Assembly (NCBI GenBank): GCA_043821645.1
Contig: JBDRCO010000117.1
Location: 1-21,727 of the forward strand
Reading direction: 5' to 3'
Source of the DNA: Pseudomonadota bacterium
GTDB lineage: Bacteria > Myxococcota > JACRCW01 > JAFGSX01
Length of the DNA: 21,727 nucleotides
In this document: positions 17,392 to 21,727 of the stretch, in pieces
How positions within the stretch are numbered: the first letter of the stretch is position 1
How the letters are laid out: every line of letters begins with the position of its first letter
The notes under the pieces: model-generated
The model's database searches: none
The model's input: the letters and a program-made list of their open reading frames with translations, nothing else
What the model was told of the DNA's origin: nothing
Position numbers and translations under genes: made by a program

Positions 17392-18009
17392 TCACGGCTT
17401 CTCGAAGTAGGCAATGACCCGCTTGCCGAGGAGCTTGACCTCGATGTGGTTCCAGGTGCCGCCGATGAGGCCGCCGACGACGGGGACGGTTTTTGTGATC
17501 ACCGCCTTCTGGGTGACCTTTAGGCCGAAGTACTTGAGCATGTAGCTCTTGAAGGCCTTGAGGGTCGCCTTGGACAGGTACTTCCTCACCACGGCTCTCG
17601 ACAGGTTCATGCCTCCGCGCATGCCCAGCTCGCGCAGGGCCTGGCTCGCAGCGTCGATGCCGAAGATGGGGATCAGCAGCTCCCAGCAGGCGTCCTCGTC
17701 GTCGAGGAAGTGGGGGTCGTAAATCAGAGCGACCCGCGCCGCGGCCTTGACCTCCGTGCGGAGCACGAAGCCAGCGTCAGCGATGGCGGCCGGGATGGCT
17801 GCGAAGGGGTTGGACGGCAGGCCGGTGAGCACGCCAGCGCCTGTGGCCGTCCAGGCCGCGCGCTTGAGGATCTTCTTCGAGAGCGCCTTGTTGTCGAGGC
17901 CAGGGTAGGCCTCACGAAGCGCGGCGACGTCGGCCTTGATCTCCAGCGCGTCGACGGTCACGGCAAAGTGCAGGGCGCGGGCGACAAGGGACTGGGTCTC
18001 GGTGGTCAT
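17392..18009 (-). CDS. EcsC/DUF697-like protein
   Basis: GAGVLTGLP...AAIADA...ALIYD...KTVPVVGGLIGGTWN is EcsC-like. GGAGG before ATG 18009. Confidence 0.8.
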   Translation of the reverse strand: MTTETQSLVARALHFAVTVDALEIKADVAALREAYPGLDNKALSKKILKRAAWTATGAGVLTGLPSNPFAAIPAAIADAGFVLRTEVKAAARVALIYDPHFLDDEDACWELLIPIFGIDAASQALRELGMRGGMNLSRAVVRKYLSKATLKAFKSYMLKYFGLKVTQKAVITKTVPVVGGLIGGTWNHIEVKLLGKRVIAYFEKP

Positions 18010-18058
18010 GGGGTTCCTCCGCTGGTTCCTGTGGAAGGGACGGAGGGTGGGGGGAGGA

Positions 18059-18087
18059 TCTGACAGCGTGGCGAGCGTGCTGTCAGA
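18059..18087. promoter_or_regulatory. Palindrome between divergent genes, putative regulator site
   Basis: TCTGACAGC-N11-GCTGTCAGA, perfect 9-bp arms. Confidence 0.5.
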
Positions 18088-18139
18088 GATATTTGGCGGC
18101 TGGCGTCCTGGGGATAGCCACCCACCCGAGGAGGACGCC

Positions 18140-18620
18140 ATGACGAGCAGCAAGCGCGAGCAAGCCAAGGGCCTGGTCTACAAGTACACCGTGGCGGCGG
18201 CCGCTACCGGAGCGGTTCCAGTGCCCGCGGCGAGCGGGGCCATCGTCCTCGAGGATGCGGCCATGGTCGCCCACGTGTCCTCGATCTAGCTCGGACATCA
18301 CGCTGTGGAGCGTTATCGAGAACCTGGGAACGATGGCGACCCTCAACATGGCCGGGCGCGCCCTGTTCATCGAGATCGCGCGAACCCTGGGCTGGGGGGT
18401 GGGTGGTCCGCTGCCAGCCATCCTGCTCAGCGGCGCGGGTGCTGCCACGGCCGGCGTGCAGACCTTGATCCTTGGCATGCTGGCCATCGAGATCTGCGAG
18501 AACGGCGGCGAGCCCCTGCCAGCTCACATGGTCGCGCAGCTGGTCGGTCACTGCAGGTCGGCGTACGAGGGGCTATTCTCCGGTAGGGAGTCGGCTACAT
18601 CACCTGCAAACGCTCACTAG
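18140..18620 (+). pseudogene. Frameshifted DUF697-like protein
   Basis: GAGGAGG then ATG 18140: AAAATGAVPVP...MVAHVSSI, stop at 18289. A protein-like continuation (SSDITLWSVIENLG...GAATAGVQTLILG) runs in the +1 frame to 18620. Confidence 0.75.
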
Positions 18621-18635
18621 GTGCTGCGCCACGAG

Positions 18636-20933
18636 CTAGCTTGGCTGTCCCTCGGCAGTCGAGCCCATGAAGGCCTTCAGCTCAGCTAGCATGTCCCCAG
18701 CACTAGTATAGCGATCCGCGGGCCTAGAAGCCGTGGACCGCTCGTAGATCTTTCGCAGAGGCTCGGGGACGCGAGGGAGCTCTCTCTCGATGGGCTCAGG
18801 ATCATTTGTGCGGGGGTGGCGCCCTGCAAGGAGGGCGAAGAGGAGGCGGCCCGCGGAGTAAATGTCAGAGGCCGCACACGGCTCGCCACTGGCCTGCTCA
18901 GGCGCCATGTAGGCATTCGTGCCAACGACCACCCCTGTCCTGGTCAAGCTTGAACCTGCCCCAATGTCCCTCGCGATGCCGAAGTCGATCAGCTTCACGG
19001 TACCGCCGTGGAGGATGATGTTCGCTGGCTTGAGGTCCCGATGGAGGACACCCTCGCCGTGGAGGTACTGCAGGCCCTCGAGGACCTGGATGAGGAGCTT
19101 CGCTGCCTGTTGAGGGTCCATCTTGTGCTCTGCGAAGCTGAGCTCAAGGGATTCACCCGCGATAAGCTCCATCTCAATGAAGGGCACTCCGGCACTGTCC
19201 ATGGCCGCAGTATAGATCTTCACGATGGCTGGGTGGCTGAGCTTGATGAGGATCCTCGCCTCTCGCCGGAAGCGCTCCACAATATCGGGGTTATTCCTCA
19301 GCTCTTGCTTGAGCTTCTTCAGCGCCCTGCGCTCAGAGAGCATGGTGTTCTCGACTTCCCAGACCTCGCCCATGGCACCCTCACCAAGGCGGCCGATGTA
19401 GCGATAGCCGCTATCATCTCCAGGGACCTTGAAGCGACTGTCCAGCTTGCTGAGCTCTTCTTCTCCCAAGCTGAGGTCCTGGCGTGAATGCCACTCCCGA
19501 CCCGACTTCAGGTAGCTATCGAGAGTGACCTTGGAGTCGACATGGGCGGGTGCAAAGAGCTGACCCTCGATGCGCTCCTTGCGGAGAGGGTGGGCATAGT
19601 GAGAAATCCAGGTCTCTCCTTGTGGTACGATCTTTTCTAGCCAGTAGAAGATGGCCACTTCCCTGCTCTCTATCCGCATCAGCGGAGTCAGGTCGAGCAT
19701 TCTCTTGGTGGCCATATCCAGGAGGAGGACATCGCGCTCTGGCCAAGCCTCGCGCCCGTGTAGCGTGACACTCTTCGAGCGCTCCTCCTGGCCGCGACAT
19801 GCAGTCCAGAGGTTGATGCTCCTACCTTGTCCGCCGTATTTACTCCCGATATTGGAGCCCAAGTGGTAGCCACGCAGGAAGGCCGTCTGCTCCATGAGCC
19901 AGGTGAGGGGGCCGTCAAGTTCCAGGAGCCGCGTCCGAGCTTCATCTTCGCCCAAAGCCCAGTCGACATGTGCAAAGACGTTTCGATCCGATCTAATGGC
20001 CTCTGTCATCCTGAGCCAGTCGTCTTCGAGGCAGGTCGATATTTCTTTGAGGAAGGGTCCCCCATTCTCGACGAGGAAGCCCGTCGTTGACTGCACCAAG
20101 TTCAGCAGCTTCCCTGTCCCAGGATTCTCAAGCATCCTGAGCCAGGTCCGAGCTTGCTTGTCTGTTGCGCCCAGTCCCAGTGAATCAGATAGGTTGACCA
20201 GCGCGAGGAAGCGAAAGAGCCCCTCCAGGAACTTGAGCGCATACGGGAACTTGTGCGCTAGCGTCTCGGAGTGTTTGTAGTGTCTGTACAGAACCGAGAT
20301 GGGGAAAGGGAGCTGGAACATGAAAATATGATCGAGGCCCTCCTGCTCACTTGGGCTCACGACTTTCCTATCTCTGGGATACAGATGCCTTGACAGACCC
20401 TCGCCCAAGACACTCTCACCAGCCTCGGGCACCGTAGCGCTGAACCCGGCGAGCGCTCTCCTGGCCGCGTAGTTATCGACCGGTGAGGAGTGCGACCTCA
20501 CGTCGAACCCGAGATCTTGAAGCCTCTCAACCATCTCCCTGTTTGAGGTGCCCAACTCCTTGGCGAGTTGATAGACACGCACTCTGTGGTGAGTCCGGGC
20601 GCTCTCGTGGAAGCCAAGGGATTGAGGACCTGTTAGGGAGTCAGGCTCTACTGAGTCACCAGGTGTGCGGCTGTCCCCTGACGGCTGGTCGGCAGGAGTG
20701 ATACCACCGTCCCGGCGCTTCCGAAGAACCCAGGTCGTCTTCTTGGGGGCGACGCTAGCAGGAGTTGAGGCCTGAGAGCTCGCTTCGGCGAGCGCTGTCC
20801 TTGCGTCCGCCTCGTCAACCGACGATGAGAGTGACCTGACATCAAAGCCGAGCGCTTGGAGCTTCAGCACGATCTCTTGGTTGGACAGCCCGAGCTCTTT
20901 GGCGAGCTGATAGACGCGAATTTTCTCTCCCAC
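18636..20933 (-). CDS. Hanks-type Ser/Thr protein kinase with two IF-2 N-terminal (IF2_N) domains and a central HEPN-like domain
   Basis: Kinase motifs GEGAMG, ALK, RFRREA, HRDLKPAN, DFG, YMAPE, SDIYS. RVYQLAKELG occurs twice. QLPFPI...GTGKLLNL...RNVFAH (19968-19985). GTG start at 20933 after AGGAG. Confidence 0.9.
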   Translation of the reverse strand: MGEKIRVYQLAKELGLSNQEIVLKLQALGFDVRSLSSSVDEADARTALAEASSQASTPASVAPKKTTWVLRKRRDGGITPADQPSGDSRTPGDSVEPDSLTGPQSLGFHESARTHHRVRVYQLAKELGTSNREMVERLQDLGFDVRSHSSPVDNYAARRALAGFSATVPEAGESVLGEGLSRHLYPRDRKVVSPSEQEGLDHIFMFQLPFPISVLYRHYKHSETLAHKFPYALKFLEGLFRFLALVNLSDSLGLGATDKQARTWLRMLENPGTGKLLNLVQSTTGFLVENGGPFLKEISTCLEDDWLRMTEAIRSDRNVFAHVDWALGEDEARTRLLELDGPLTWLMEQTAFLRGYHLGSNIGSKYGGQGRSINLWTACRGQEERSKSVTLHGREAWPERDVLLLDMATKRMLDLTPLMRIESREVAIFYWLEKIVPQGETWISHYAHPLRKERIEGQLFAPAHVDSKVTLDSYLKSGREWHSRQDLSLGEEELSKLDSRFKVPGDDSGYRYIGRLGEGAMGEVWEVENTMLSERRALKKLKQELRNNPDIVERFRREARILIKLSHPAIVKIYTAAMDSAGVPFIEMELIAGESLELSFAEHKMDPQQAAKLLIQVLEGLQYLHGEGVLHRDLKPANIILHGGTVKLIDFGIARDIGAGSSLTRTGVVVGTNAYMAPEQASGEPCAASDIYSAGRLLFALLAGRHPRTNDPEPIERELPRVPEPLRKIYERSTASRPADRYTSAGDMLAELKAFMGSTAEGQPS
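20475..20918 (-). repeat. Two intragenic IF2_N repeats (20814-20918 and 20475-20579)
   Basis: 27/35 aa identical, with many synonymous DNA differences. Confidence 0.9.
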
Positions 20934-21152
20934 AGGCCTCTCCTGCTCCTGAGAGATGCAAGGCGCTACAGTCGTGCAAGCTGGAGGAGGATACCGTGCT
21001 CTCGGACAGCGTGCAGCGGCAAAGAAGAGGGAGTTTTTTTGAGCCTGCAGCTTCAAGCCTCCGGTTTGGTGAGGCGAGCCCGGTTTCAAGCGCCCTTGCG
21101 GCGGCCTAGGTGCCCACGAAGTCGAGGAGTTGACCGCATGTATGGGCCAGGT

Positions 21153-21479
21153 CTAGATACTCCGCACCGTCACCATGCAAATACGCCGGCCGTGCCAGCG
21201 GAGGAGGTAGGCAATGAAGGCAGCCACGAGCTCGCCAGGGTGGCAACCTGCCTTGCTGACCACCCTCCCCACCATGGTCTTGGAGGTGGCGTCCCAGTCC
21301 AGGTTCAGGCAGCCGTAGGAGTCCTTTCGGTTGATCTTCGCCCAGCCGTTGGGCCTGCCCTTCTTGTGCCTCTTCACGACGTGGAGCCCGTCGAGGCTGC
21401 GCTCCTGAAGGTCGCTCACGATGAGCTCGCGCAGTGAGGGCTGGTTCGGCTTGGCCATGGCGTAGATGACAGTCTGCAT
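21153..21479 (-). CDS. Hypothetical protein (108 aa)
   Basis: GGAGG before ATG 21479; GC-rich third codon positions; GWAKI motif of unknown family. Confidence 0.75.
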   Translation of the reverse strand: MQTVIYAMAKPNQPSLRELIVSDLQERSLDGLHVVKRHKKGRPNGWAKINRKDSYGCLNLDWDATSKTMVGRVVSKAGCHPGELVAAFIAYLLRWHGRRICMVTVRSI

Positions 21480-21559
21480 TCCGCCTCCCGGAGCGGGCCC
21501 ACAGCCGCGCTTTTTGTCGCCTGCACTTTCACCTCCAAGACGACGGCGGGCGCGAGGCC

Positions 21560-21727
21560 TGATACCGAATCTCACTGATTGAACCCACTACGCCGCCTCG
21601 CGCTCTGCCTCTGCCGCGTGCGCCCACCAGTCGAAGAGCGTGTGTCCGAAGATGACCTCGGGCTGCGCCCGCAGCTCGCGGCACCTGTGAACGAGGTTCT
21701 CCTCCAGCTCATCCATGTTGGTGACGT
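21560..21727 (-). mobile_element. Right end of a probable IS630-family insertion sequence
   Basis: Transposase-like C-terminus followed ~25 nt later by a candidate end (TGATACCGAATCTCAC on the + strand). The partner repeat is outside the window. Confidence 0.55.
21588..21727 (-). CDS. IS630-family transposase, C-terminal fragment (partial)
   Basis: Manual translation VTNMDELEENLVHRCRELRAQPEVIFGHTLFDWWAHAAEAEREAA* resembles the LDELE..L..RC..L...P..I...T.F.WW tail of IS630 transposases (from memory). Confidence 0.65.
   Translation of the reverse strand, partial: VTNMDELEENLVHRCRELRAQPEVIFGHTLFDWWAHAAEAEREAA

Noticed and set aside
20475-20933. Possible infB (IF-2) gene
   Set aside because: Only the N-terminal repeats are present. 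There is no GTPase domain and no nusA/rbfA context.
20934-21089. Longer N-terminus for the kinase given by the ORF track
   Set aside because: Does not look protein-like. GTG 20933 has a Shine-Dalgarno and starts exactly at the IF2_N domain.
1-21727. tRNA/rRNA genes, integrase, reverse transcriptase or retron
   Set aside because: No cloverleaf, rRNA signature, recombinase or YxDD reverse transcriptase motif recognised by eye.

Overview
GC-rich bacterial accessory or defence-island-like window. The FHA, GGDEF and Ser/Thr kinase content suggests a Myxococcota/deltaproteobacterial host, but that is inference only. It holds a 5'-truncated GGDEF protein, an AAA_14+DUF4143 ATPase, a Lys/Ala-rich basic protein, hipB-hipA followed by a triple zinc-ribbon gene, two metallophosphoesterases, two tandem FHA proteins, an LRAT-family protein, a UDG-like protein, a YjjJ-type HipA kinase, an EcsC/DUF697 divergent pair (one frameshifted), a vWA remnant, a Ser/Thr kinase with two IF-2 N-terminal repeats, and the 3' end of a probable IS630 element. 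The main observation is that four differently built signalling proteins (GGDEF, FHA-FHA, FHA, IF2N-IF2N-kinase) appear to carry the same ~250-280 aa module. The module runs from a proline motif through [ST]xGxxxEL to RNxxxH and a beta-rich tail, and RNxxxH matches the HEPN RNase Rx4H signature. All domain calls come from reading motifs by eye; no searches were run.
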